DNA of 64,000 nucleotides from an archaeon (GTDB taxonomy: Archaea > Nanobdellota > Nanobdellia > Pacearchaeales > GW2011-AR1): assembly GCA_043797265.1 (NCBI GenBank), contig JAZDPV010000012.1:32001-96000 (forward strand). Reading direction: 5' to 3'. A program made the translations under genes and the position numbers. A model generated the notes under the pieces. The model was not told the origin of the DNA. It did not search any database and worked only from the letters and a program-made list of their open reading frames with translations. This document shows, one piece after another, positions 1 through 9,757 of the stretch; within the stretch, counting starts at the first letter, position 1; every line of letters begins with the position of its first letter.

Positions 1-518
1 CCCTCAACAGAAAAATTCTCAATAACGCCCAAAGATATTTCTTCGTCGAGCAACCAGAAAAAATCACAATCAACGGATGCCCCCACCTCACCGCAAAAAT
101 CCCGCTCCATCCCGACGGCAAACACGGCACACGCGAATATCAAACAACCCAAAACTTCCTAATCCCAAAAACCGACTTCGACATAATGCAAAACGGAAAC
201 TACCGGCTCATGCACCTTCTCAACTTCAAATCCGAGAACATCCTTAAAACAAAACCGCGAACATTCTCTTTCATTTCTACCGAACAACGAACAGCGAACA
301 ACGAACAGCGAATTAAGTATCTACAATGGCTCCCCGCCGACGCTGAAAATATCAAAATCGAAATCACAATGCCCGATGGCTCAAAAACAAAAGGTCTCGG
401 CGAACAAAAACTAACCGAACTAAAAGAAAAAACAATAATCCAATTCGAACGATTCGGCTTCGTCAGACTCCACGAAAAACAAAAAAACAAACTCGAATTC
501 TGGTTCGCTCACAATTAA
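1..518 (+). CDS. gltX: Glutamyl-tRNA synthetase, C-terminal part (5'-truncated by window edge)
   Basis: Open frame from nt 3 (LNRKILNNAQRYFFVE...PLHPD); ends with the archaeal GluRS motif IIQFERFGFVRL...FWFAH. Confidence 0.9.
   Translation, partial: LNRKILNNAQRYFFVEQPEKITINGCPHLTAKIPLHPDGKHGTREYQTTQNFLIPKTDFDIMQNGNYRLMHLLNFKSENILKTKPRTFSFISTEQRTANNEQRIKYLQWLPADAENIKIEITMPDGSKTKGLGEQKLTELKEKTIIQFERFGFVRLHEKQKNKLEFWFAHN
281..312 (+). repeat. Heptamer tandem repeat CGAACA(A/G) x4.5, in frame within gltX
   Basis: cgaacaa cgaacag cgaacaa cgaacag cgaa, encoding EQRTANNEQR. Confidence 0.9.
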
Positions 519-1117
519 CCTTTCTTCTTCGGAACATAAAAAATCAATCGCCCAACTTTCTCAACCGGCTCCAAACCATTCCAATATTTATCATTTGGTT
601 TCGCAATTGAAACATCATGATAAGCAATAATTTCTTTCTCTCTTGGAACGCCCAAAATCTCTCCGTCAAAAATCGCCCTCGCATCCTCACGACACTTCTC
701 GTAAACTATCTTCTCATACCCGTTCATCGGCAACTTCCCAATCACTTGCTTCCAATTCCTATTCACATTATCAAAAACACAACTAAACGCATTTTTCTCA
801 TAAACAACCCCATGAACACTATTCTGATAATCGGGACTCCTTACTCTATTTAAAATCACTCTCGCAATAAATTTTCTTCCTCGACTAGACTGATTAGCCG
901 CCTCGCCATACAAAACATTTTGCAATTCCTTAATATCTTCAGAACAATACTTTGTCCCAGCCACCTCCGACGGACAAACCAACTTTTTTTCAACACCACC
1001 AGCGGGGCCAGATGAAACACTTCTATTCCCACCAAGCAACAAAAGCGGCACAGCCCCAACCGCGACAGTCCCTAAAAACCAATTTCTCAAATCATGATTT
1101 CTTTTTTTATTAACCAT
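515..1117 (-). CDS. SleB/CwlJ-like cell-wall hydrolase (Hydrolase_2 family), N-terminal membrane anchor
   Basis: LYGEAANQ...IARVILNRV...SVHGVVYEKNAFS and C-terminal VGRLIFY match the family pattern. Confidence 0.8.
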   Translation of the reverse strand: MVNKKRNHDLRNWFLGTVAVGAVPLLLLGGNRSVSSGPAGGVEKKLVCPSEVAGTKYCSEDIKELQNVLYGEAANQSSRGRKFIARVILNRVRSPDYQNSVHGVVYEKNAFSCVFDNVNRNWKQVIGKLPMNGYEKIVYEKCREDARAIFDGEILGVPREKEIIAYHDVSIAKPNDKYWNGLEPVEKVGRLIFYVPKKKG

Positions 1118-1187
1118 AAAAAATCAAACCCGCGCCATTTTTAAATCTTTCTATTGTAACCACTAACTAATAACACCACAACCACAC

Positions 1188-1266
1188 GGACGGCGAAGCC
1201 GCCAAAGATATAACAACGAAGTTGCCCAAATTCTCTCCCCCGTCCTCCCCCACCCTCGCGAAGCGC
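1188..1266 (+). repeat. GAA-triloop double-hairpin element (REP-like), copy 1
   Basis: cggcGAAgccgcc aaagatat aacaacGAAgttgcc caaat, a C-rich tract, then cctcgcGAAgcgc; related copies at 5461, 35636, 46733. Confidence 0.75.
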
Positions 1267-1279
1267 AAAGCGTTTTGCG

Positions 1280-1681
1280 TCAGCAACAATACAACTTCTC
1301 TTTATCAACATCCCCTTTTCCAAACGGATTACCAAACTTCCTAACATTCGCAATCATCTCCTCATTCCCCTTCAAACCCCTCCCCCTCAAAACCATCGCC
1401 TCCCGCGCTTTTCTAACAGCGTCGCAAACTTTAATCCCAATCGGACATTTCTCTTCGCACGCCCGACACAAACTGCACTCAAACAAAATCTTGTCCATAA
1501 TCTTGTCCGACAACAAAATCGCCTTCCCCCTCGCCGAAAATTCCTCTTCCTTCAAAACTCCAAACACCGGACACAACCCCTTACATATCCCACACCTCAC
1601 ACATCCCTCAAAAATCTCACTCGCTTCCTCCATTAAATTATCCGCTTCAATTTTTTCCGATTCATTAATCTTTTTTCCCAT
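1280..1681 (-). CDS. 4Fe-4S dicluster protein (GlcF/HdrC-like N-terminal domain)
   Basis: CVRCGICKGLCP and CSLCRACEEKCP motifs; start placed at MGKK after a GGGAG RBS. Confidence 0.8.
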   Translation of the reverse strand: MGKKINESEKIEADNLMEEASEIFEGCVRCGICKGLCPVFGVLKEEEFSARGKAILLSDKIMDKILFECSLCRACEEKCPIGIKVCDAVRKAREAMVLRGRGLKGNEEMIANVRKFGNPFGKGDVDKEKLYCC

Positions 1682-2228
1682 CATAACTCCCAACGCATTT
1701 ATCCAAATCATCCTTCTTTAAAACCAAATATCTAAACGCCCCCGCCCTCAAATCCCGAGAATATCCCCTCGAAATCGAAACACTAATAACTTCTTTCTTA
1801 TGACTCTTAATTAATTTCATCGCCGGAAGAAAATCCGCATCCCCGCTAATCAAAACACAAACATCACAAACCCCATCCAACAAACACAACTTAACCATAT
1901 CCGACGCTATCAAAACATCAATCCCCTTCTCGACCCTAATAACCTTGCCATCAACCTTAATCTTCTTCAAATGAGCAGTGCTAACAACCAATCCTTTCTG
2001 CTTCATCCCCGCCAAAAAAACCATATGCTTGTAATACATCTCCTCTCCCATCTCAATATCCGGAATCGAATTATAATACCTGACCTCAATCAAACTCAAG
2101 CCAAATTTATCACAAACCACTCTCGCAACCTTCCTAACGTCAACAACCCTCGGCTTCCGAAAAACAGTCTTCACATTATGATACCAATTATTCCCATCGA
2201 CAAACACAATCGCTTTTTTATTAACCAT
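1665..2228 (-). CDS. NYN-domain (LabA/DUF88 PIN-like) protein
   Basis: VFVDGNNWYH, EKGIDV, LISGDADF motifs. Confidence 0.88.
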   Translation of the reverse strand: MVNKKAIVFVDGNNWYHNVKTVFRKPRVVDVRKVARVVCDKFGLSLIEVRYYNSIPDIEMGEEMYYKHMVFLAGMKQKGLVVSTAHLKKIKVDGKVIRVEKGIDVLIASDMVKLCLLDGVCDVCVLISGDADFLPAMKLIKSHKKEVISVSISRGYSRDLRAGAFRYLVLKKDDLDKCVGSYDGKKD

Positions 2229-2315
2229 ATTAGAAAAGGTAAAGCCCGGCATTCCTTTCGTCATACCGGGGAGGTAATCCTAAATAAAGCCCTCCAATAT
2301 ATTTAAATCTTTCCA

Positions 2316-2978
2316 TCACAACTCCCCCTCCACTTCCTTAACATACCTCTCAGCAAATTCCTTGACAAAATCGTACCGACCCCAAGCAATCTCTTTTGCC
2401 TTATCGGTCTTGAAAAATTCCGGTCGCAATTTCAAAATCTTTTCATAAATATGATTAATTACCGACGACTTGCTCCCATCATAAACTTCTTTCACTGGTA
2501 TACCCGAATCATAAATCGGAACGCCCCATTCAACTGAAGCCTGAACCATCCTGACAAGAATAGTAGCACCCAATGCGTCCAACCTATCCGCATCCTGCAA
2601 AACCTCTGCCTCACGAGTTTCAGCCCTCAACCCCTTGCTATACCTATGAACTGCAACCGCATGAACAACTTTCCCAATTTTCTCCTCGGGAAAACCCATC
2701 TCTTTCAAAATCACACCAGCCATCCTCGCGCCCTCTTCGGCATGACAAACATTACCTTCATCAGAACTCAAAGCAATTCCTCCTTTTTCTTTTCCCCTGG
2801 CAACATCATGCAAAAGAACAGCCGCCCGAACAACATCCATATCAACATCCTCGCCCTCGCTAATCTTCATAGCTAAATTATAAACTCTCTCAACATGATC
2901 AAACCCATGCCCATCCCCTATCTCAAAATACGGCAACACCCTCTTCCTCAACCTCGCGAAAAATTCCTCATCCATCAT
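2316..2978 (-). CDS. HD-domain phosphohydrolase
   Basis: HGFDHVERV, LLHDV, QDADRLDALG. Confidence 0.9.
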   Translation of the reverse strand: MMDEEFFARLRKRVLPYFEIGDGHGFDHVERVYNLAMKISEGEDVDMDVVRAAVLLHDVARGKEKGGIALSSDEGNVCHAEEGARMAGVILKEMGFPEEKIGKVVHAVAVHRYSKGLRAETREAEVLQDADRLDALGATILVRMVQASVEWGVPIYDSGIPVKEVYDGSKSSVINHIYEKILKLRPEFFKTDKAKEIAWGRYDFVKEFAERYVKEVEGEL

Positions 2979-4120
2979 ATTACTTTATTAATATTAAATT
3001 TATTCAACGGGTCCGTCCTCTTCTTAATATTAATCAAAATTTTCTTATCATTAACGTCGACAAACTCTCTCTTCAAAATCCCAATCCCATGCTCCCCGCT
3101 AATCGACCCGCCCAGCCTCTTAACTAATTTTACCATCTCTGGTATAAACTTTTCTTGCTCTTTACTAAAACAAGGATGAAGTATACCAACTCCAATATGC
3201 CCAAAAACAGGTATACCTCTTTCCTCTACCCACTCAACTAACTTCACAAACCTATCAATAATAATCTTTGGATCCTCAATTCTGGTATAACCCTCCCCCG
3301 CAGCCCACGGATAAACCCTATCTCTCATCTCCATCAACTCATTATACTCCTTTCCATCAACCCATTTCCATTTACTCATCTCAATTTCTCGGCGGCTCCC
3401 GGTCTCGCACTCTACAATCAAATAATAACCTTCGACTAACCCAAGCCCAACGCTAATCTTCTTGTCTAAAAACTCAATCATCGAAACCGCAGAATTCCTT
3501 TTCAAACTCCGAACAACCGAAACAATCTCATCAAGACTTTCAAACTTCACCAACGTTGCGATTCTATTTTTCAACGACGACAACTTCAAACAAGCCCGAA
3601 CAATCACTCCACTAATCCCTTCCATCCCGGCGTAATCACTCAACTCCATCACACCCTTCCGATGAACCTCACCGCTCCCGTCGACAATCTCAACCCACTT
3701 CACCCAATTCGAAGTCCGCCCATACTTTATCGCCCGAGCACCAACAGCGTCGGTAGCAATCATCCCGCCAATCGTCGCAACCGAATGACTCGACGGCTTC
3801 ACCGGAAACTCCAAACCAAATTTCTTCAAATAACCCTGCAACTCATCCAAAATAACTCCCGCCCCAACCTCAACCGTTTTTTTTTCTTTATCAAGCCCGC
3901 CAATCCCATCCATCTTTGACAAATCCAAAACAACATCCAAACCATTCTGTGGAACCGCCCCACCGCTCAACCCCGTCCCGCCCCCGCGAATCACAACCCT
4001 CCTCGCACTCGCAACAATCCTGCAAACCTCCGCGACATTCCTCGGATGCACAACGTCCAACGCCCGCCCCTCAACTCCAGACGCATCCAACTCATAAGCC
4101 CTAATTAAATTTTTATTCAT
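2975..4120 (-). CDS. FAD-linked oxidoreductase (GlcD/D-lactate dehydrogenase-like)
   Basis: RGGGTGLSGGAVP, ATIGGMIAT, SGEHGIG, DPLNKFN. Confidence 0.88.
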   Translation of the reverse strand: MNKNLIRAYELDASGVEGRALDVVHPRNVAEVCRIVASARRVVIRGGGTGLSGGAVPQNGLDVVLDLSKMDGIGGLDKEKKTVEVGAGVILDELQGYLKKFGLEFPVKPSSHSVATIGGMIATDAVGARAIKYGRTSNWVKWVEIVDGSGEVHRKGVMELSDYAGMEGISGVIVRACLKLSSLKNRIATLVKFESLDEIVSVVRSLKRNSAVSMIEFLDKKISVGLGLVEGYYLIVECETGSRREIEMSKWKWVDGKEYNELMEMRDRVYPWAAGEGYTRIEDPKIIIDRFVKLVEWVEERGIPVFGHIGVGILHPCFSKEQEKFIPEMVKLVKRLGGSISGEHGIGILKREFVDVNDKKILINIKKRTDPLNKFNINKVI

Positions 4121-4479
4121 TTCAAGCACCTTATTAAATCATCACGCTTAATAATTTTAAACCTATTTTTCTCCGTCCTTAACTCTTTAGAATAACCCTC
4201 AATCACAGAACAAGAAACGCAATCACGCCCCAATTCCTTTGTTTTAACAATTAACCCATCCTTCCTTAAGATATCAATAAATTTTTTATGCTTCCAAAAA
4301 GATTTGCTATTCTCGCTAGGCACAGAATTATAATATTTAACATAAACCAATTCTAAACCAAAGCCAAAACAAATCAACTTAGCAAGCTTTCTAAAATCAA
4401 TATCCCCTAATCCCTCTAATGCTATCTTGGAATTATGATACCAATTATTCCCATCAATAAAAACAATAGCTCGTTTCAT
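4117..4479 (-). pseudogene. NYN-domain gene with internal in-frame deletion
   Basis: Starts AIVFIDGNNWYH like 1665-2228 but lacks the EKGVD...SGDxDF catalytic segment (120 aa). Confidence 0.65.
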
Positions 4480-4561
4480 AAAAAAAGTGCCTAGCGTTCA
4501 AGACGATAGGCGGTTATTACTTCTACTAACCAACCCCCCTTTTTATATTTTTCTCTTCATC

Positions 4562-4606
4562 CCCCGACACATCCAACTCATAAACCTTCATCAAATTTTT
4601 ATTCAT
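4562..4606 (-). pseudogene. Relic duplicate of the FAD-oxidoreductase 5' end
   Basis: MNKNLMKVYELDVSG vs active MNKNLIRAYELDASG at 4076-4120. Confidence 0.85.
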
Positions 4607-4640
4607 CTTTATCTAATCCCTCCAAATACCTTTCTAAAAA

Positions 4641-4672
4641 ATCCGTGTTAGTCCGTGTTAGTCCGTGTGCTA
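4641..4672 (+). repeat. Decamer tandem repeat (A/G)TCCGTGTTA ending GTCCGTGTGCTA
   Basis: atccgtgtta gtccgtgtta gtccgtgtgcta; same family at 22733 and 44634. Confidence 0.85.
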
Positions 4673-4699
4673 TTATTCTCTCATATAAGTTACACCTCT

Positions 4700-5434
4700 T
4701 CATCTCATCTCCTTAAGTTTTCTCAAAACAAAATCCGAAAACTCAATCGACTTCTCCGTCGCTGATTTAATATTAGCATAACATAAACCGCACGGCGAAA
4801 TAACTCCATTAACCCAATCAGGAATTTCAGAAACCTTCTTCTTCACAACCATTTTCGCAACACTCGGAAAATTCGCACGCATCCCACCCCCAGCCCCGCA
4901 ACAAATCGCGTCCTTTCGATTCAATTCAAACTCAAAAACTTTTCCACCCAATCTCTCAATCACCTCACGCGGCTCCTCATAAATCCCGCTATACCGCCCA
5001 AGATGACACGGGTCGTGATACGCAACCAACTCCCTCTCCCTATCCTCGCCCCTCCATTTAATATTTTTCTTCTTCAACGCATTCAGAATCGCAACCGTCG
5101 CGTGCTCAACCTCAATATCCCAACCCTTAACAAACTCCGGATAAATTTCTTTGAAAGTATGATAACACGACGGACAATTAGTAATAATTTTCTTAATCCT
5201 ATTTTTCTTAAACAAATCAAAATTCTTATTCGCCAATTTCCGCGCATCCTTCCGATAACCCGCATTCAAAACCGGCAACCCGCAACAAACCTCATCCATC
5301 GGCAACATCACAAAATCAATCCCCAACCGATTAAAAATCTCCTTGTAATTCTCCAACTCCGTCGACAAAACCCCCCTCGTCAAACATCCCGGATAATACA
5401 ACGTCTTCTTCCCAAACAATCCAAACAACCCCAT
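4700..5434 (-). CDS. CCG-domain Fe-S oxidoreductase (GlcF/HdrB-like)
   Basis: YYPGC, CCGLP, CPSC, YHDPCHLGR, CCGAGGG. Confidence 0.88.
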   Translation of the reverse strand: MGLFGLFGKKTLYYPGCLTRGVLSTELENYKEIFNRLGIDFVMLPMDEVCCGLPVLNAGYRKDARKLANKNFDLFKKNRIKKIITNCPSCYHTFKEIYPEFVKGWDIEVEHATVAILNALKKKNIKWRGEDRERELVAYHDPCHLGRYSGIYEEPREVIERLGGKVFEFELNRKDAICCGAGGGMRANFPSVAKMVVKKKVSEIPDWVNGVISPCGLCYANIKSATEKSIEFSDFVLRKLKEMR

Positions 5435-5460
5435 ATCAAAACCCTCCTCCACACACACCG

Positions 5461-5553
5461 CGCGACGCGACGAAGCCGCCAAGATATGGCAACGAAGTTG
5501 CCCAAATAGCGAAGCCGTCGAAGATATGAGAGCGAAGCTCTCCAAATTTTCCC
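5461..5553 (+). repeat. GAA-triloop hairpin element, two tandem units
   Basis: gacGAAgccgcc aagatat ggcaacGAAgttgcc caaat agcGAAgccgtc gaagatat gagagcGAAgctctc caaat. Confidence 0.8.
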
Positions 5554-5636
5554 TTCTCTAAATTATTTCCAAAATCTAAAACCTTGCAAAGCACCATCCA
5601 AAACAAACAAAACAACACTACTTAAAATTTATTATA

Positions 5637-6707
5637 CTAAACAAACCCAATCGCCCTTATAAAAATATACGAAGCAAGACCCACAAGCAACAACCCCGAA
5701 ATTAATTTCATATACCTCCTGTTCGAAACCGTCCAACTCTGCAACTTCTCCGTCGACGTCCCTCTATAAATCAAATAAGTCAAAATAATCAAAGGCAAAA
5801 CAAAAATTAAATTATAAATCAAAAGATACCCCACTCCAAAACTCTTATGAATAGACATCACCGTCAAAATCCCAATATAAATCTCGCCCGTACAAGGCAA
5901 TTCAAAAAGCGAAACAACAACTCCCAAAATAATAATCGAAACCAGACTCCCTTCTGCCATAAATCTCTCAATAATCGGCTTAACCCTCGAAGAAATCCTG
6001 AGTGTCACACCCTTCCCATACCAAAAAACATCCTTCAACTGCAAGAGCCCAAAAACAAAAATAAACACAGCAACAACAAGATAAAAATAATAAAAACCAA
6101 TCGAAGAAGAAAACCTATCAATCACACCATAAAGTCCCCATCCTATAAAAAAATAAACAACAAAAACAACAAAACTATAAATCAGCCCCGCCCTCAACGC
6201 CCGACGAGCCGAACCCATTCCAAGCAAGCTCGCCATCAAAAATATCAAAACCCCAAACGCACACGGATTAATCGAATCAACAATCGCTGCAACCAAAACC
6301 GAACCAATCGTAACCCCTGTATCAGAACCAGCACCATCTAAATCAATAACAACACCGCCCCCATTCAGAACCCTCTCCTCCAACGTCTCAATTATAGGAA
6401 TATCACCCATCAAATAAGAATACTTGCCATCCTGCTCAATAACCGCAAAAGGCCAACCCCTCTGGCTAATTCCAAACTCATCACAAAACTTATTAAACAA
6501 ATCCCGGCTATCCTGGTCCTCATACAAATTAAACTTTTCAACAGAAACACCGTCGATCAAAGCAACCTCATCAAACACACCCGAATCATCAACAGCCGCA
6601 CAATGAGAACAACCAGTTGAATAAAAATAGCTAACACTCGTCTCAGGCACAGCCGACACAACCCCAACTAAAAACAAAACAATCAACGCAATCAAAAACT
6701 TCTTCAT
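5637..6707 (-). CDS. Thioredoxin-like + CcdA/DsbD-type membrane disulfide-reduction protein
   Basis: Signal peptide, CSHC motif, DSINPCAF and ELPCTG, multiple TM segments. Confidence 0.8.
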   Translation of the reverse strand: MKKFLIALIVLFLVGVVSAVPETSVSYFYSTGCSHCAAVDDSGVFDEVALIDGVSVEKFNLYEDQDSRDLFNKFCDEFGISQRGWPFAVIEQDGKYSYLMGDIPIIETLEERVLNGGGVVIDLDGAGSDTGVTIGSVLVAAIVDSINPCAFGVLIFLMASLLGMGSARRALRAGLIYSFVVFVVYFFIGWGLYGVIDRFSSSIGFYYFYLVVAVFIFVFGLLQLKDVFWYGKGVTLRISSRVKPIIERFMAEGSLVSIIILGVVVSLFELPCTGEIYIGILTVMSIHKSFGVGYLLIYNLIFVLPLIILTYLIYRGTSTEKLQSWTVSNRRYMKLISGLLLVGLASYIFIRAIGFV

Positions 6708-6749
6708 TACAATCTCTAACAAACTAACTTTAAAAACCTTAAGATGAAA

Positions 6750-7025
6750 CTAATTACTTATCTTAATTGCCTTCCCATTAACAACAGCATCAGCAATTTT
6801 ATTCCGCCCGCTCTTCAAAACCCTCGACAAAGTAGACTGAGAAATCTGCATCTTCTTTCCAGCATCTTCTTGCGAAACACCATTCAAATCAATCAAACGA
6901 ATCGCCTCAAACTCCGCCAACTCCAACACAGACTCCTCTAAATCAATCATCCTTATTCCAGCAGGCTTAAAATAAGAAGAATTGGGTCGACCCCTAACTC
7001 TTCTCCTTAAACACGGCCTAGGCAT
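6750..7025 (-). CDS. DUF134 (UPF0251) HTH protein
   Basis: MPRPCLRRRV...YFKPAG...EFEAIRLID...SQSTLSR...GKAIKI. Confidence 0.88.
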   Translation of the reverse strand: MPRPCLRRRVRGRPNSSYFKPAGIRMIDLEESVLELAEFEAIRLIDLNGVSQEDAGKKMQISQSTLSRVLKSGRNKIADAVVNGKAIKISN

Positions 7026-7069
7026 TTTTCAAAAACAAATGTCTCAATGAAACATTCACCAATGTTACT

Positions 7070-7225
7070 TTAGGCATTTCGAGCCCTAAAGCCTCGTCCA
7101 CGCCCACAACCTACTCGACGGCCTCGTCCTCGAACAACAACCGGCTCCGCATCCTCGCAGTCGCCCATTTGTCGTCCAGTCCTCGGCCCTTTCCCTTCTG
7201 GTCCTGTTCCGTCTCTATTTGGCAT
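7070..7225 (-). CDS. DUF5320-like Gly/Arg-rich small protein (51 aa, not in ORF track)
   Basis: Hand translation MPNRDGTGPEGKGPRTGRQMGDC...GRGRRVGCGRGF; this family is commonly found next to DUF134. Confidence 0.75.
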   Translation of the reverse strand: MPNRDGTGPEGKGPRTGRQMGDCEDAEPVVVRGRGRRVGCGRGRGFRARNA

Positions 7226-7330
7226 TGTATTTTTCTCCCATTTTAGTTATGAATATACATTCATAATACTATTTAAATCTTTCTAAAATTAATTTTCTCT
7301 TTCTCTCATACGCCTCAATAAAAAATAAAT

Positions 7331-8953
7331 TCATAAATTACTCTCTAAACAAGCCCGAATAAATCCATCAAACATCGGCGACGGTTTCATCGGATAACTT
7401 TTGAACTCAGGATGCGCCTGTGTCGCTACAAAAAACTTATGATTTGGTAATTCAATAAATTCCACAAGCCTCCCGTTCGGACTTCTACCAGAAATAACCA
7501 AACCCCTCTCTTCCAAAATTCTGTGATAATCCGGATTAACCTCATAACGATGTCGATGTCTCTCGCTAATTTGACCAACTCCATAAATTTTCTCAATCAA
7601 AGAACCCTCTTTCAAAACAGCCAGATAACTACCAAGTCTCATTGTCCCGCCCTTCATATCAACACCAATCTGTTCTGGCAAAATATCAATAATTTTATGT
7701 TTAATATTTGGATTAATCTCTGTCGAACCCGCATCCAGCCCACAAACATTCCGCGCAAATTCAACAACCGCCAATTGCATTCCATAACAAAGCCCAAGAA
7801 AAGGAATATTATTTTCCCTCGCAAATTTAATCGCCAAAATTTTCCCCTCGACGCCCGAACTGCCAAAACCTCCCGGAACAAGTATACCATCGTATACTGA
7901 TAAATCAATTTCCCCAACTTCAATCTTCTTCGAATCAACCCAATGAATATTTACTTTAACATTATTCTTAGCCCCCGCATGACTAAGCGCCGCCGCAACT
8001 GATAAATAAGAATCTGTCAACTGAAAATTTCCAATATCTAAATATTTCCCAATAATCGCAACATTAACCTCAGACAATGAATCTGATATTTTCCTGACCA
8101 TTTCACTCCAAGCAACCCAATTCGGCTCCCTCCTTTTTTTCAAATTCAACTTCGCCAAAATTTTCTCGCCAAAATTTTCTTTTTCTAAATTCAAAGGAAC
8201 AACATAAATCGTATTCGCAGTTCCGGGTCCAACAACATCTGGAGTTGAAATTATATGTGTCGAAGGAATATTAGAATATTTTTCAATTTTCTTTTTTCTA
8301 ACTTCATCCAACGGCAATTTCCCTCGACAAAAAATAAAATCCGGTTGAATCCCATTCTCCATTAACAACCTAATCGCTAATTGCGTCGGCTTAGTCTTCA
8401 TTTCATTAATATGACTAGGCACCGGCATATAAGTAACCATAATATGACAAACATTTTCCACACCTAACTCCAACTCCATACTTTTCGCCGCAAACAAAAA
8501 AGGGACATTCTCATAATCCCCAATCGTCCCGCCAATCTCAATCAAAACAATATCATAACCATCCGACACCTCAATAATTCTATTTTTAATTTCCTGTGGA
8601 ACATGAGGAATAAAAGAAACTGTCTCTCCTAAAAAATCCCCACGACGCTCCTTCTCGATCAAAGACTTATAAACTTGCCCCGTTGTAATCGCATTCCTTT
8701 TCAAAATTGGCACTTCCAAAAATCTCTCATAATTTCCCAAGTCCTGATCAATCTCGCCGCCATCTTCAGTAACCCAAACCTCTCCATGTTCCGTCGGTCG
8801 CATCGTCCCAGCATCGCAATTAATATATGGGTCAATTTTTACCGCCGTCACAGAAAAACCATACTCCTTCAAAATTCGTCCAACCGACGCTGTCGCCACT
8901 CCTTTTCCAACCCCAGAAATCACACCCCCACTAACAAAAATATATTTCGTCAT
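7331..8953 (-). CDS. pyrG: CTP synthase
   Basis: MTKYIFVSGGVISGVGKG, KIDPYIN, GLCYGMQ, ERHRHRYEVN, QAHPEF. Confidence 0.97.
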   Translation of the reverse strand: MTKYIFVSGGVISGVGKGVATASVGRILKEYGFSVTAVKIDPYINCDAGTMRPTEHGEVWVTEDGGEIDQDLGNYERFLEVPILKRNAITTGQVYKSLIEKERRGDFLGETVSFIPHVPQEIKNRIIEVSDGYDIVLIEIGGTIGDYENVPFLFAAKSMELELGVENVCHIMVTYMPVPSHINEMKTKPTQLAIRLLMENGIQPDFIFCRGKLPLDEVRKKKIEKYSNIPSTHIISTPDVVGPGTANTIYVVPLNLEKENFGEKILAKLNLKKRREPNWVAWSEMVRKISDSLSEVNVAIIGKYLDIGNFQLTDSYLSVAAALSHAGAKNNVKVNIHWVDSKKIEVGEIDLSVYDGILVPGGFGSSGVEGKILAIKFARENNIPFLGLCYGMQLAVVEFARNVCGLDAGSTEINPNIKHKIIDILPEQIGVDMKGGTMRLGSYLAVLKEGSLIEKIYGVGQISERHRHRYEVNPDYHRILEERGLVISGRSPNGRLVEFIELPNHKFFVATQAHPEFKSYPMKPSPMFDGFIRACLESNL

Positions 8954-9068
8954 CCGCAAACCCGCCCAATTAAACTTATAAACATTTATATCCCAAAATA
9001 CAACAATTCCAAACCACCAATCTTTTAAACCCACAAAAACTTCCAAACTCATATCCCATCTTGTAAAA

Positions 9069-9737
9069 ATGAAAACCCAAACAATCCCAGAAGGAACCTT
9101 TTTTGCAGAATTAGAAAATTCTCAAAAATCTGCAATAAGATACGCTATAGAAAATGGAAAAATTCTCCAAACTCAAATACCAGAAATAGAAAAAAAATAT
9201 CGAAATGGAAATTCACTTAGAGAAATAGTCGAAGAACACGATCTAGAAAATAAATTTGGAGTATGTAAAAAAACAGCAGAAATAATAGTAACTTATGCAC
9301 TAAAAGGATATCATGGAGAATGGAATATGTTTACAAGCCCTTCTTATAATGGATTAATGACAGAAGAAGAATACGCCAAAATAGCAGAAGAACACCACAT
9401 AAAACAAGGAAGAATACTTGGTGAAAAAATAGGACATAAATCCGGCGTACTCACTTTCAGAAAACAAACCGGAGTCCACGGAATGACCTATTTAGAAAAA
9501 CATATAGGAGGACAAAAAGGAATCGTAGCACAAGGACATATTCCATGGTCAAATGATGAAATAAAAACTCTTTACGAATTAGTTCAAGACCCCTTTTATA
9601 AAAGAAAAACTCAAATTCACGCACAAAATATAGCCAAAGAAATAAACAAAAAATTTCATAACGGAAATCCCGTAAGAGATAATACAAGCGTAACAAAAGC
9701 ATTTAATAGATACAAAAACTTCCAAACTCATATCTAA
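9069..9737 (+). CDS. Hypothetical protein, AT-rich, possibly DNA-binding
   Basis: 222-aa ORF with composition unlike the surrounding C-rich genes; no family motif recognised. Confidence 0.6.
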   Translation: MKTQTIPEGTFFAELENSQKSAIRYAIENGKILQTQIPEIEKKYRNGNSLREIVEEHDLENKFGVCKKTAEIIVTYALKGYHGEWNMFTSPSYNGLMTEEEYAKIAEEHHIKQGRILGEKIGHKSGVLTFRKQTGVHGMTYLEKHIGGQKGIVAQGHIPWSNDEIKTLYELVQDPFYKRKTQIHAQNIAKEINKKFHNGNPVRDNTSVTKAFNRYKNFQTHI

Positions 9738-9757
9738 AATAAACAAACGATAGAACA

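Noticed and set aside
1148-1170. Relic of the gltX 3' end (FYCNH*) beyond the SleB-like gene
   Set aside because: Similarity to FWFAHN* is too short and weak to separate from chance.
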